Assembly: GCA_043797975.1 (NCBI GenBank)
Contig: JAZDPC010000039.1
Location: 25,659-89,658, forward strand
DNA: 64,000 bases
Direction of reading: 5' to 3'
Origin: Bacteroidota bacterium
GTDB lineage: Bacteria; Bacteroidota; Bacteroidia; Bacteroidales; UBA12481
Numbering within the stretch: the stretch's first letter is position 1; the number at the start of each line of letters is the position of its first letter. A program made the position numbers and the translations under genes. A model generated the notes under the pieces. The model was not told the origin of the DNA. It did no database searches and saw only the letters and a list, made by a program, of their open reading frames with translations. Positions 26,582 to 37,800 of the stretch are shown in pieces.

Positions 26582-27589
26582 ATGAAGGCAAAGCAAATTT
26601 TGATCGCAGCCCTGTCTTTCCTACTGGTAATCCTGAGTGGTTGCAAGGGTGCAGATAAAACTCCGATGCCTCCCAGTACCGGCAGGCCCGGTGAAGTGGT
26701 AATTATCCTGGCGGATGATCTTTACAAAGGTGCAGTCGGAGATACCCTTGTGCATTTTCTTACGCAGCCTGAACCGGCACTTCCGGGTTCCGCAATGGAG
26801 GGAGCAGAAGCCATGTTTAGTACTGTCCACCTGCCTCCATCGGCTCTGAATAACATGATCCGTCCATCACGCAATCTGGTCATCATCGATGTAGGCTCAC
26901 AATATGTACAACCGGATTTCAAGGCCTACAAGGACTATTGGTCAAGTGGGCAGATACTGATACGTATCAACGCTGCCGATCGGGAACAGCTCATGGACCT
27001 GATCGTAAAAAATAAAACCACAATCGTAGAAACCCTGCGGGAAGGCGAGGTAAACAGGCAGGCTGATTACAGCATAAGATACCGGAATGAGGAACTGGCT
27101 GCACAGCTCCTCCGGAAACATGAGATTATTGCCAGCTTTCCGAAAGGATTCGAACCCAGGCTTGATACAGGCAATTTTACATGGATCCATTTTGATCCGG
27201 CTGATATGACAATTGGGGTTTTAATATGGGAATATCCTTATACCGATCAATCCCAGTTGGCCTATGCCAACCTGCTCTCCTTTACCGATCAGCACCTTAA
27301 ACCCAGGGTTCCCGGACCGTCAAAAGGTTCTTACATGGCCCTGGTGCTTGACTTTCCTGTCCTAACCCGGAACCTGACGGTTAACGGCAATTATGCGGTT
27401 GAACTGAAAGGACTCTGGGAGACTGAAGGAGACTTTATGGGAGGGCCGTTTATCTCCTGGTCTTATGTCGATGAGAAAAGAAGCAGGATCGTCACCGTAT
27501 TCGGGTATGTTTATGCCCCGAACAAAGATAAGAGAGACCAGGTCAGAAAACTGGAAGGTATCCTGAAAACGGTTGATTTTCCGGATTAA
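26582..27589 (+). CDS. hypothetical lipoprotein (possibly DUF4837 family)
   Basis: 335 aa with lipobox ILSGCKG. The pattern ...PSTGRPGEVVIIL...LTQPEPALPG...RNLVIID recalls the Bacteroidota DUF4837 family. That assignment is from memory only. Confidence 0.55.
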   Translation: MKAKQILIAALSFLLVILSGCKGADKTPMPPSTGRPGEVVIILADDLYKGAVGDTLVHFLTQPEPALPGSAMEGAEAMFSTVHLPPSALNNMIRPSRNLVIIDVGSQYVQPDFKAYKDYWSSGQILIRINAADREQLMDLIVKNKTTIVETLREGEVNRQADYSIRYRNEELAAQLLRKHEIIASFPKGFEPRLDTGNFTWIHFDPADMTIGVLIWEYPYTDQSQLAYANLLSFTDQHLKPRVPGPSKGSYMALVLDFPVLTRNLTVNGNYAVELKGLWETEGDFMGGPFISWSYVDEKRSRIVTVFGYVYAPNKDKRDQVRKLEGILKTVDFPD

Positions 27590-28677
27590 GCGCTTAGCTC
27601 AAATAATTGGTTGCGAAGGCATGGGGTAAATCCGGCTTCCCGGATGGCTTCCTCCATATGGATTTTATCCATAATATTTTTTGAACCTGCAGCGGAGACC
27701 ACATTTTCCTCAATCATGATGGAACCGAAATCGTCGGCTCCTGCATGCAGGCAAATCTGCCCTGCGGTTTTCCCCACGGTGAGCCAGGAGGCCTGAATAT
27801 GACTGATATTGGGCAGGAGGATTCTCGAAAGGGCCAGCAAACGGATATATTGCCTTGCATCCACCGAACTCCGGATACCCATCTCATCGCGAAGAACCGT
27901 TCCCTGATCCTGGAAGGGCCAGGGAACAAAGTTCAGGAATCCCAGGCTGTTTCGGGGCTTCTCGGATTGCAGCTCCCGGATCCTGAGGATATGATCAACC
28001 CGTTCCTCCAGGGTTTCGGCATGGCCAAACATCATAGTGGCTGATGTCGGCAACAGGATCCGGTGAGCTGTCCGCATTACCTCAATCCATTCATCTGCCG
28101 TACATTTTCCTTTTGAAACGATCCGGCGGACACGGTCAACCAGGATTTCGGCACCGGCACCCGGCAGCGAATCCAGTCCGGCTGCCCGGAGCTTATTCAG
28201 TATGGTGTCATAATCCATTCCCTCCATCTGTGCCAGGTGAACGATTTCCGGAGGTCCCAGGGCATGCAGGCGGAGTTCAGGAAATTCCTCTTTCAGCTTG
28301 CGAAATAAATCAGTATAAAATTTCAAGCCCAGATCAGGGTGCATTCCTCCCTGCAACAACAGCTGCCGGCCTCCCAGACTGAACAGCTCCTTTATTTTTC
28401 CGCGGTACTGTTCGATTGTAGTGATATAGGCATCCCCATCACTCTTCTTCCTGCAGAAATTGCAGAATTTGCAGAATGAAACGCAGATGTTTGTGATATT
28501 GACGTTCCGGTCGATGATCCAGCTGACACGCGGCTCCGGATGCAGCTTCCACCTGATCCGGTCGGCTGACTCCATCAGCTCTCCGTCTCCGGCATGGAGA
28601 TAAATCTCTATCCCTTCCTCCCTTGAGAGAAAGGCTCCATCCACCGCTTTTGCGAGAATATTGCCGATAACGTTCAT
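27586..28677 (-). CDS. radical SAM enzyme of the CofH/MqnC/MqnE family (futalosine-route menaquinone biosynthesis type)
   Basis: 363 aa with the CxxxCxxC cluster motif as CVSFCKFCNF. It also has LLLQGGMHP, SLPGAGAEIL, TATMMFGHAET and FLNFVPWPF, typical of MqnC/MqnE. I cannot separate MqnC from MqnE by eye. Confidence 0.7.
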   Translation of the reverse strand: MNVIGNILAKAVDGAFLSREEGIEIYLHAGDGELMESADRIRWKLHPEPRVSWIIDRNVNITNICVSFCKFCNFCRKKSDGDAYITTIEQYRGKIKELFSLGGRQLLLQGGMHPDLGLKFYTDLFRKLKEEFPELRLHALGPPEIVHLAQMEGMDYDTILNKLRAAGLDSLPGAGAEILVDRVRRIVSKGKCTADEWIEVMRTAHRILLPTSATMMFGHAETLEERVDHILRIRELQSEKPRNSLGFLNFVPWPFQDQGTVLRDEMGIRSSVDARQYIRLLALSRILLPNISHIQASWLTVGKTAGQICLHAGADDFGSIMIEENVVSAAGSKNIMDKIHMEEAIREAGFTPCLRNQLFELSA

Positions 28678-28678
28678 C

Positions 28679-28686
28679 TATCTTTG
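28679..28686 (+). promoter_or_regulatory. candidate -7 promoter box (TATCTTTG) for pepA-pdxA
   Basis: Matches TAnnTTTG and overlaps the start region of the divergent radical SAM gene. Confidence 0.4.
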
Positions 28687-28780
28687 TTCCGGGTGCCGCA
28701 AGTTAGGCTAATTGTCAGGCCCTCCGATCAGTTTGCCCCGGATTTTTTTAACTTTACCCGCTATATCAGTTCTTACCGTC

Positions 28781-30211
28781 ATGCTGCTATTCAGTACGGA
28801 TATTGTTTTACCGGTCCAGAACCGGATCATGCTTTTCTCATCATCCGATGAGGTCCTCGATCTGGAGTGGCCCTTGCCGGAGAAGGAATATATCAGCCGG
28901 TGTCTGGATACCAAGCAGAAACTTTTCCTGCTGAACCGTTACGACCATTTTGAGATTATCCTGATAACCGATCCGGAGAAAAAGGGGGATGCCTTGGTTG
29001 AATCACTGAGGATTGCCGGGTACGACATTCATGAGCTGGCCAACCGGTTTAAATGGGAAGAACTGGTGCTGGATAACCGTACGCGAGAAGATCGTTATGC
29101 GGAAGCTCTTGCTGAAGGGCTGGCGCTCAGCGGGTATCAGTTCATGAAATATTTTTCCAAGCCTGATGAAAAGAGACACTCCCTCCAGCGTCTGGGTGTC
29201 CTCAAGGGTAAACCGGATATGATCAGGGAACTGAGTGCAAGAATTGATTCTGTAACAATCTGCCGCGACCTGGTTAATGAGCCGGCAGCGTTCCTGAATG
29301 CCCCGCAATTGGGTTTGGAGATCACACGTATGTGCAGGGAAGTCGGGCTCACGGTTGAGGTGCTTGATAAAATACAGATCGAATCCCTGAAGATGGGCGG
29401 ACTGCTGGCCGTCAACCGGGGAAGCATCGATCCGCCCCGCTTTATTATCATCACCTGGGAACCCGAGAAGGCAGTCAATTCAGCCCCCCTGGTCCTCATT
29501 GGCAAAGGGATCATGTTTGACACAGGCGGATTGAGCCTTAAACCCACTCCTGCCAGCATGGATGAAATGAAATCCGATATGGCAGGAGCCGCCGCCGTAG
29601 CCGGGATCCTTTATGGAATTGCCCGTCTGGGCCTTCCGGTTAAGGTTGTGGGACTGATTCCCGCCACCGATAACCGTCCTGATGGTAACGCATTTGCTCC
29701 GGGTGATGTCATCCGCATGCATGACGGTACCTCGGTGGAAGTGATGAACTGCGATGCCGAAGGACGGCTGATCCTGGCCGATGCACTCAGCTATGCAAAG
29801 AAATACCAGCCCGGGCTTGTCATTGATCTCGCAACCCTGACCGGGTCCGCACAGATGACTCTCGGCTCGGAGGCTGCAGCCATGATGGGAAATGCACCGG
29901 ACCAGGTATTCTCAATCCTTGAGCAAGCAGGATTTTCCGTTCATGAACGGCTTGTCAGGTTTCCTTTGTGGGAAGAGTATGGCAAACTGCTGGATTCCGA
30001 AATCGCCGATGTGAAAAACATCGGGGGGCGTATGGCCGGTGCCATAGCGGCTGGAAAATTCCTGGAACGTTTTACAAATTATCCATGGATCCATCTCGAC
30101 ATAGCCGGAACTGCCTACCTCATTTCCCGTGAATCCTACAGGGGTATCGGGGGTACCGGAACCGGGGTCAGACTCCTCCTTGAATTCATAAAAAAACAGT
30201 ATCAACTCTAA
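28781..30211 (+). CDS. pepA: leucyl aminopeptidase (M17 family)
   Basis: VGKGIMFDTGGLSLKP and NCDAEGRLILADAL signatures. The start is uncertain: ATG at 28781 is preferred, with alternatives TTG at 28712 and ATG at 28829. Confidence 0.85.
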   Translation: MLLFSTDIVLPVQNRIMLFSSSDEVLDLEWPLPEKEYISRCLDTKQKLFLLNRYDHFEIILITDPEKKGDALVESLRIAGYDIHELANRFKWEELVLDNRTREDRYAEALAEGLALSGYQFMKYFSKPDEKRHSLQRLGVLKGKPDMIRELSARIDSVTICRDLVNEPAAFLNAPQLGLEITRMCREVGLTVEVLDKIQIESLKMGGLLAVNRGSIDPPRFIIITWEPEKAVNSAPLVLIGKGIMFDTGGLSLKPTPASMDEMKSDMAGAAAVAGILYGIARLGLPVKVVGLIPATDNRPDGNAFAPGDVIRMHDGTSVEVMNCDAEGRLILADALSYAKKYQPGLVIDLATLTGSAQMTLGSEAAAMMGNAPDQVFSILEQAGFSVHERLVRFPLWEEYGKLLDSEIADVKNIGGRMAGAIAAGKFLERFTNYPWIHLDIAGTAYLISRESYRGIGGTGTGVRLLLEFIKKQYQL

Positions 30212-30219
30212 AGAAACGT

Positions 30220-31257
30220 ATGGAAGATCAAAAAATAGTGGTCGGTATAACCCAGGGTGATATCAACGGAATCGGATATGAAGTGATCATCAAAGCTTTA
30301 CTCGATCCCAGGATACTCGAAATATGCACGCCGGTGGTTTACGGTTCCCCAAAAGTACTGGCTTACCACAGGAAAGCCCTGAATATTCCGAATTTCAGCC
30401 TGAACACGATCGCAACCGCCAAGGAAGCCAATAACAGGCGTGCCAACCTGATCAACTGCCTCGATGATAATGTCAGGGTAGAGTTGGGTAAATCATCAGG
30501 GTATGCCGGTGAAGCGGCTTTTATCACTCTGGAAATGGCCGTCAGGGACCTGATGGAACATCAGATCGACCTGCTTGTTACAGCCCCGATCAATAAACAC
30601 AATATCCAGAGCAAAGATTTCAGTTTTGCCGGTCATACCGAGTATCTGCAGGAAAAATTGGGTGTCCCCGAAGTCCTGATGCTCATGGTTAGCGACTATT
30701 TAAAAGTCGGAGTGGTAACCGGTCATATTCCGCTGAACCAGGTTTCTGCAGAGCTGACGAGTGATTTAATACTGAGAAAATTGCGATTACTGGATCATTC
30801 CCTGCGAAATGATTTCGATATTCAGGCGCCAAGGATTGCCTTATTGGGACTGAATCCGCATTCAGGTGACCAGGGGCTGATCGGTCAGGAAGAGGAGGAG
30901 GTGATCAAACCGGCCCTTGAAAAAGCCCGGCAGGATAACATCATGGCTCTCGGGCCTTATGCTGCCGACGGGTATTTCGGATCAGGCCTTTACCAGAAAT
31001 TCGATGCGGTACTTGCTATGTATCATGATCAGGGCCTGGCGCCCTTTAAAGCCCTTTCTTTCGATACCGGCGTGAATTTCACAGCCGGCCTTCCCGTTGT
31101 CAGGACCTCACCTGCACACGGAACTGCTTATGAGATAGCCGGTCTTGATCAGGCAAGCCCTGATTCGATGAGACAGGCCATTTATCTTGCTGTCGATATT
31201 TACAAAACGCGTAAAGCCAACCGCGACCTCAGGAGGAATGCAATGGGGGTTCAATAG
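30220..31257 (+). CDS. pdxA: 4-hydroxythreonine-4-phosphate dehydrogenase
   Basis: GDINGIGYEV, GHTEYL, LNPHSGDQGL, YHDQGL and RTSPAHGTA motifs. Confidence 0.92.
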   Translation: MEDQKIVVGITQGDINGIGYEVIIKALLDPRILEICTPVVYGSPKVLAYHRKALNIPNFSLNTIATAKEANNRRANLINCLDDNVRVELGKSSGYAGEAAFITLEMAVRDLMEHQIDLLVTAPINKHNIQSKDFSFAGHTEYLQEKLGVPEVLMLMVSDYLKVGVVTGHIPLNQVSAELTSDLILRKLRLLDHSLRNDFDIQAPRIALLGLNPHSGDQGLIGQEEEEVIKPALEKARQDNIMALGPYAADGYFGSGLYQKFDAVLAMYHDQGLAPFKALSFDTGVNFTAGLPVVRTSPAHGTAYEIAGLDQASPDSMRQAIYLAVDIYKTRKANRDLRRNAMGVQ

Positions 31258-31274
31258 TAATCAGGATAGATCCG

Positions 31275-31862
31275 ATGGCGATTTTTGAATACATAACGGG
31301 AAAACTGGCGGACCTGACACCTGCCTGTGCCATTGTTGAACAGGGAGGGATCGGTTATCAGATCCAGGTATCGCTTCAAACCTATGCCACCCTCCGGGGA
31401 CAGGAACAGGTTACATTGCATATTGAGGAGATCATACGGGAAGACAACCATATCCTGTATGGATTTCATGCCCGCGAAGAGCGTGAAATGTTCAGGCTCC
31501 TTATATCGGTCAGCGGTATCGGACCCAATACTGCCAGAATGATGCTTTCCTACCTGACGACTCCCGATATCCGGAGAGCTATCCAGACCGACAACGTCAC
31601 CCTGCTTAAAAGCGTAAAGGGGGTGGGGATAAAAACCGCACAGCGGGTCATCATTGATTTGCGCGATAAACTGTCAAAAACAGAGGAAGTGTCGGGAAAT
31701 TTGCCGACCGGGGGCAATACCTCCCGGGATGAAGCGTTATCAGCTTTGGTAATGCTTGGTTTCAGCCGGAATGAATCGGCTAAAGCCCTCGATCAGATCC
31801 TTGGGGATGCTCCTTCAACAGGGCCCGAAGAACTGGTAAAGCAAGCCCTGAAAAAACTCTAA
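31275..31862 (+). CDS. ruvA: Holliday junction branch migration complex subunit RuvA
   Basis: 195 aa. N-terminal OB domain (GIGYQIQVS), HhH motifs (ISVSGIGPNTARMML, VKGVGIKTAQRVI) and a C-terminal domain III. Confidence 0.92.
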   Translation: MAIFEYITGKLADLTPACAIVEQGGIGYQIQVSLQTYATLRGQEQVTLHIEEIIREDNHILYGFHAREEREMFRLLISVSGIGPNTARMMLSYLTTPDIRRAIQTDNVTLLKSVKGVGIKTAQRVIIDLRDKLSKTEEVSGNLPTGGNTSRDEALSALVMLGFSRNESAKALDQILGDAPSTGPEELVKQALKKL

Positions 31863-31882
31863 TAGTATCTACCGGAACCTCT

Positions 31883-34800
31883 ATGCAGTTCAGATCGTCG
31901 ATTAAACTACTCATCTTCAGTACACTTTTCCTGATACTTGGTGTGTTCGGAATCGGCAGTGCCAGCGGTCAGCAACGGAATGTGACGGCACAGAACCGTC
32001 AGGCTGCTGATACGACCAAAAGGGATACCACCCTCGGACTCCGGTATCCGATCCCGGTTGATCCGGGCTTTCCCTGGTCCCTTTCGGGAATTCCCAAATC
32101 TCCCCTGTACCTGAACACCCCGAAGAACCTCACCTCCGTCATAGAGTATGATCCGATTTTGAATGAGTACAAATTTGAAAAACGGCTGGGTGATAAAAGC
32201 CTTACCGATCCTTATTATCTCAATCAGAATCAGTATCGCCAATATGATTTCAATACCGCTATCCGCGATTACTGGATGCAACGGGTAGGGGGTGAAAGAT
32301 TCCAGTCGCAGCAGGGCCTGATACCAAAACTCTATATCGGTGGCGAGGCTTTTGACCGTATTTTCGGTTCCAATACCATCAATATCAACCCTCAGGGATC
32401 GGCCGAACTGATTTTCGGTGTCCAGATCAATAAAACCGATAACCCGAACCTGGCAGAAAAGGTGAGGAAGAATGTCACTTTTGATTTCGACAACACCATC
32501 CAGATGAACGTCACCGGGCAGATCGGTGACAAACTGGAACTGGGGATCAGTTACAATACCGAAGCGACCTTTGATTTTGAAAATAAAACGCACATAGGCT
32601 ATACCGGTAAAGATGATGAGATCCTGAGAAAGATCGAGGCCGGGAATGTCAGCCTGCCCCTTTCCGGATCACTCATAACCGGTAGCCAGAGTTTGTTCGG
32701 CATCAAAACGGAGATGCAGTTCGGACGCCTGACTGTTACCAGTATTTTCTCGCAACAGCAGGGACAATCCGAATCAATCGAGGTACAGGGTGGAGCGGTT
32801 GCCAACGAATTTGAAGTGAGCGCCGATGACTATGATGCCAATAAACACTTCTTCCTTTCCCAGTATTTCAGGGATATTTATGATCAGGCCCTTAGAAACA
32901 CACCGGTAATCAACTCCGGGATCAACGTGACCAAGGTAGAGGTGTGGGTGACCAATAAGAACGGCAATTTCGACCAATCCAGGAATATCGTGGCCTTTCT
33001 CGACCTGGCCGAGGGGATCCTTCCCGGTGATACCAACATCTTCAATAATGATTTTGTCAAGGTCAGCGGCTCCGGAAGGTATCCATACAACGACCTGAAC
33101 ACGCTTTATCAGTCCCTGTTGACAGAATATGCCGGTATCCGGAATATTGGTCAGGTTACCAGCGTACTTGCCCCTTTGGCATCCTATGGATTCTTGGGCG
33201 GGCAGGATTATGAAAAGATTGAAAATGCCCGGAAACTCTCTTCGGATGAGTATCAGCTCAATGCCAAGCTGGGTTACATTTCGCTCAACCAGTCCCTGAA
33301 TGCCGACGAGATCCTGGCCGTAGCGTATGAATACACGGTTGGCGGGCAGGTATTCCGTGTCGGGGAATTCGCATCCGAGGTAAACAAGGATGTTTCTTCC
33401 GATGCACCTTCTCTGATCCTGAAATTGTTAAAAGGCACAAACCAGACTCCTACTCTGCCTACATGGGATCTGATGATGAAGAATATCTACAGTCTCGGCT
33501 CGGGCAGGCTTAACAAAGATGAGTTTTACCTTGACGTTCTGTACCGCAATGATGAAACCGGAAACTCGATCAATTACATTCCCAATGGAGCCATTGACGG
33601 GGAGATCCTGCTGAAGGTACTTAACCTGGATAACCTGAATACCCAGCTGGATCCCCAGCCTGATGGGGTTTTTGACTATATTGAATCGGTGACTGTGAAT
33701 TCCACCAAAGGAAGGATCATCTTCCCGGTTCTGGAACCTTTCGGATCTTATCTGCGGAAAAAGATCGAAGGTGGAAATTCGAAAAACAAGGAGATCGCTG
33801 ATAAATACGTTTTTGAAGAGCTTTATACCGAGACTCAGACCGTTGCACAGCAGAAGGCGGAAAAAAATAAATTTCTCCTGAAGGGTACCTATAAATCAGC
33901 TTCCTCCTCTGAAATCCGTCTTAACGCTACCAATATTCCCGAAGGCAGTGTGGTGGTCACCGCCGGAGGAATGCAACTGGCCGAAAACTCTGATTATACA
34001 GTTGATTACACGATGGGTACTGTGAAAATCATCAACCAGGGTTTGCTCGAATCAGGGACCGCGATAAAAATATCACTTGAGGACAACTCGACCTTCAATG
34101 TGCAGTCGAAGGCAATGCTCGGAACTCATCTGGAGTACCGTTTCAACAAGGATTTTAACCTGGGTGGAACTATCCTTCATCTCAGGGAGCGGCCATTGAC
34201 CAATAAGGTTGATCTCGACAATATCCCTATAGCCAATACCATGTGGGGCCTGAATACCAATTACCGGAAAGAGGCACCCTGGCTAACCCGTGCAATCGAC
34301 AAGCTTCCCCTGATCCAGACGAAAGAAAGATCGACTGTCAATTTCAGCGGTGAATTTGCCCACCTGATACCCGGACATTCGAACGTTATCAACTCGGATG
34401 CCAATGATGAAGGGGAGGCACTTGTGGATGATTTTGAAAGCAGTGAAACGGCTTTCTCACTGCGGCAGAGGCAGAACTGGGTTTTAGCCAGCACACCGGC
34501 GGGCCAATCGGATCTGTTCCCGGAAGCCGCTGAAAGCAACGATTGGGCCTACGGATCTAACCGCGCCAAATTTGCCTGGTATCATATTGATCCGCTCTTC
34601 CTCCGCAACAACTCTACCACCCCCAGCCATATCGCCAACAATCCCGAACAACAGAACAGCCATTTCACCCGAGAGATCGTGGAACAGGAAATTTTCCCCT
34701 ATAAGGAAAGCCCGAACAATATTCCCACCTATCTGCAGGTCCTGAACATGGCCTTCTACCCTAATGAAAGGGGACCCTATAATTATGAGACATCCGGATC

Positions 34801-37800
34801 GTCCTATTCGGCCGGTCTGGACAATGAGGGCTATCTCAAATCACCGGAAACACGCTGGGCCGGGATCATGAGTGAACTGAAACAAAACGATTTTGAAGCG
34901 GCTAACGTTGAGTACCTCGAGTTCTGGATGATGGATCCCTATGTTGAGGATGAAAAGAACGGTGTTACCCGGGATGATCTTGACCCGGCAGTCTATTTCA
35001 ACCTTGGCAATGTATCAGAAGATATCCTGAAAGATGGCCGGAAATCCTTTGAAAACGGTCTGAGCGGAACGACAACACTTAATTATGTCGATACCACGGC
35101 ATGGGGCAGGGTGCCTGTCGTCCAGTCGTTTGTCAATGCCTTTGACAACGACATCGAATCCCGGAAGCTTCAGGATGTGGGCCTTGACGGACTGGGCGAC
35201 GAGGATGAGCGTACCTTCTTCCAGACATTCCTTGACGACCTGGCCCGGATCGTCAGCCCGACATCAGAACTGTACGAGAATGCGCTGCTGGATCCCTCCA
35301 ACGATGATTATCATTATTACCGGGGACAGGATTACGATGCCAGTCAGATCGGGATCCTCGACAGGTACAAAAAATTCAATGGTTTCGAGGGGAACTCGCC
35401 CACATCCGAACAATCCACCGAGTCATACCCAACACAATCGACGACCCTCCCTGATGTTGAGGATATCAACCTCGATAATACACTGAATGAATCGGAATCC
35501 TATTTCCAGTATAAGATCAGTATGAAGAAACAGGATTTTCAGGTTGGGAAAAACTATATCACCGATGCTATTGTCGGAAAAAATGATGAAGGTGAGCCTG
35601 TTACCTGGTACCAGTTCAAGGTGCCGGTTTATGAGCCCCAGAAAACCGTCGGAAGTATCCAGGATTTTAAATCGATCCGGTTTATCCGGATGTTCCTGAG
35701 AGGTTTCGGTGAAACGGTTTATATGCGTTTTGCCACTCTTGAACTGGTAAGGGGCGAATGGAGAAAATATAATCTTAGCCTGATGGAGGGAGGTGAGCAA
35801 CTCAGTTCGCCCGAGTATACCCGTGCTAAATTTGAGGTATCGGCCGTTAATATTGAAGAGAACGGTAACCGCTATCCGGTAAATTATGTTCTTCCTCCCG
35901 GCATCACCAGGATCACGGATCCAACCAATCCGCAAATGATCCAGAAGAATGAGCAATCCATTGAGTTTAAGGTGACCGATCTGGAAGACGGTGACGCCCG
36001 TGCTTCCTTCCGGAATATGAGCATCGACATGAGACAGTATAAAAGACTGAGGATGTTTGTCCATGCTGAGGCTGTCGATGAAACCATGCTTGAAGACAAT
36101 GATCTCCGTGCGTTTATCCGGATCGGGTCGGATTATACCCAGAACTATTATGAATATGAGATTCCGCTGAGCCTGACTCCTCACCTGAAGGCTCCGGCAA
36201 AATATGACCAGGAGCTTGATGCTGACCTCTATAAGGTTTGGCCTGATGCCAACAGCTTTAATATCGAGCTGCTAAAATTCCAGGAAATCAAGCAGGCCAG
36301 GAATGATGAAATCCGGGTTGAAGGATCGAATGTAACCCTGGAAACACTCTATTCCCAGGCTGACGGGAACAACCGGCTGATCATAGTCGGGAATCCCAAT
36401 ATGAGCAATGTACGGACGATCATGATCGGGGTCAGGAATCCTTCGAAAAACAATAATGCCGGAGCAGACGACGGTTTGTCAAAAACAGCCATCATCTGGT
36501 TTAATGAACTCCGCCTGACCGATTTTGATGAGAAGGGCGGCTGGGCAGCCAATGCGCGACTCTCGGCCAACCTGGCCGATCTGGGAAACCTTTCCCTTTC
36601 CGGTAGCGGCAGTGTTCCCGGTTTTGGCAGTATTGATAAAAAAGTGGCGGACCGGAGCAAGGAAGAAATCCTGCAGTATGACGTTTCAACCAGCCTCCAG
36701 CTTGGCAAACTTTTCCCTCGTAATGCCGGGGTTCAGATCCCGATGTACTTCGGAATGTCAGAAATTAAGCGAAATCCCCAGTATAATCCCCTGGACCCGG
36801 ATATTCCCCTGGAAGCCGCGCTGAATAACGCCAAAACAAAGGAGGAAAAAGATTCCATTCTGTACATTTCCCAGGATTATAACCGAAGGAGGTCGATCAA
36901 CTTTACCAATGTCAGGATCGACCCGATAAGCACTAAAAATAAAAGAAAGGAAACGAAAATATACAGCCTTTCGAACTGGTCGGTTTCATATGCATTCAGT
37001 GAGTCATTTGCCAGGAATATCACGACCGAAGCCAATCTTAACAAGGTGTATAACGGAGTGCTCAGTTATGTTTATTCCGCGAATAACCTGAAACCCTGGG
37101 AACCCTGGAAGAAATCCAAGGCTCTGGATAAACCTGCCTATAAGATCATCAAGGAGTTCAATCTCTTTTACCAGCCATCCATGATACGGTTCCAGAGCAA
37201 TATGGCAAGGCGTTACAACGAGGTCCAGCTAAGAAACGTGTCGAATCCGGATCTTAAGATCGAGCCTACCTTCAATAAGAATTTCAATTGGAACAGCAAT
37301 TTCGATTTTCGCTGGGATCTTACCCGTAATTTAAAGCTGGAATTCAACAGTTCCAATGTTTCCCGGATTGATGAACCCGAAGGCTCCATGCAGCGTGGAG
37401 ACCCTGATTATGAACAAAAACGGGACAGTATCTGGAACAATATCACTGCGTTCGGGCGCCCGACACAATATCACCATTCACTGGTCACCTCCTACAACCT
37501 TCCGATCAATAAGATTCCTCTTCTCAACTGGTTGACAGCTAATGCAAGCTATAATGTGGAATATGACTGGACGGCAGGTCCCATCACGGCAGATACGATC
37601 GTTCTGGGTAATCAGGTTCAGAACAGCGGGAGTTTCCAGATGAACAGCACCGCTAATCTGCAGACCCTCTATAATAAAGTGGGATATCTGAAAAAAATTG
37701 ATGATAAGTACAGGCGACGTTCCAACACAACACAGACAAAACCAACAAAAGAAGTAACATTTGAGGCCGATAAGATCAACCTGATCGCCAAGGTTCCCAA

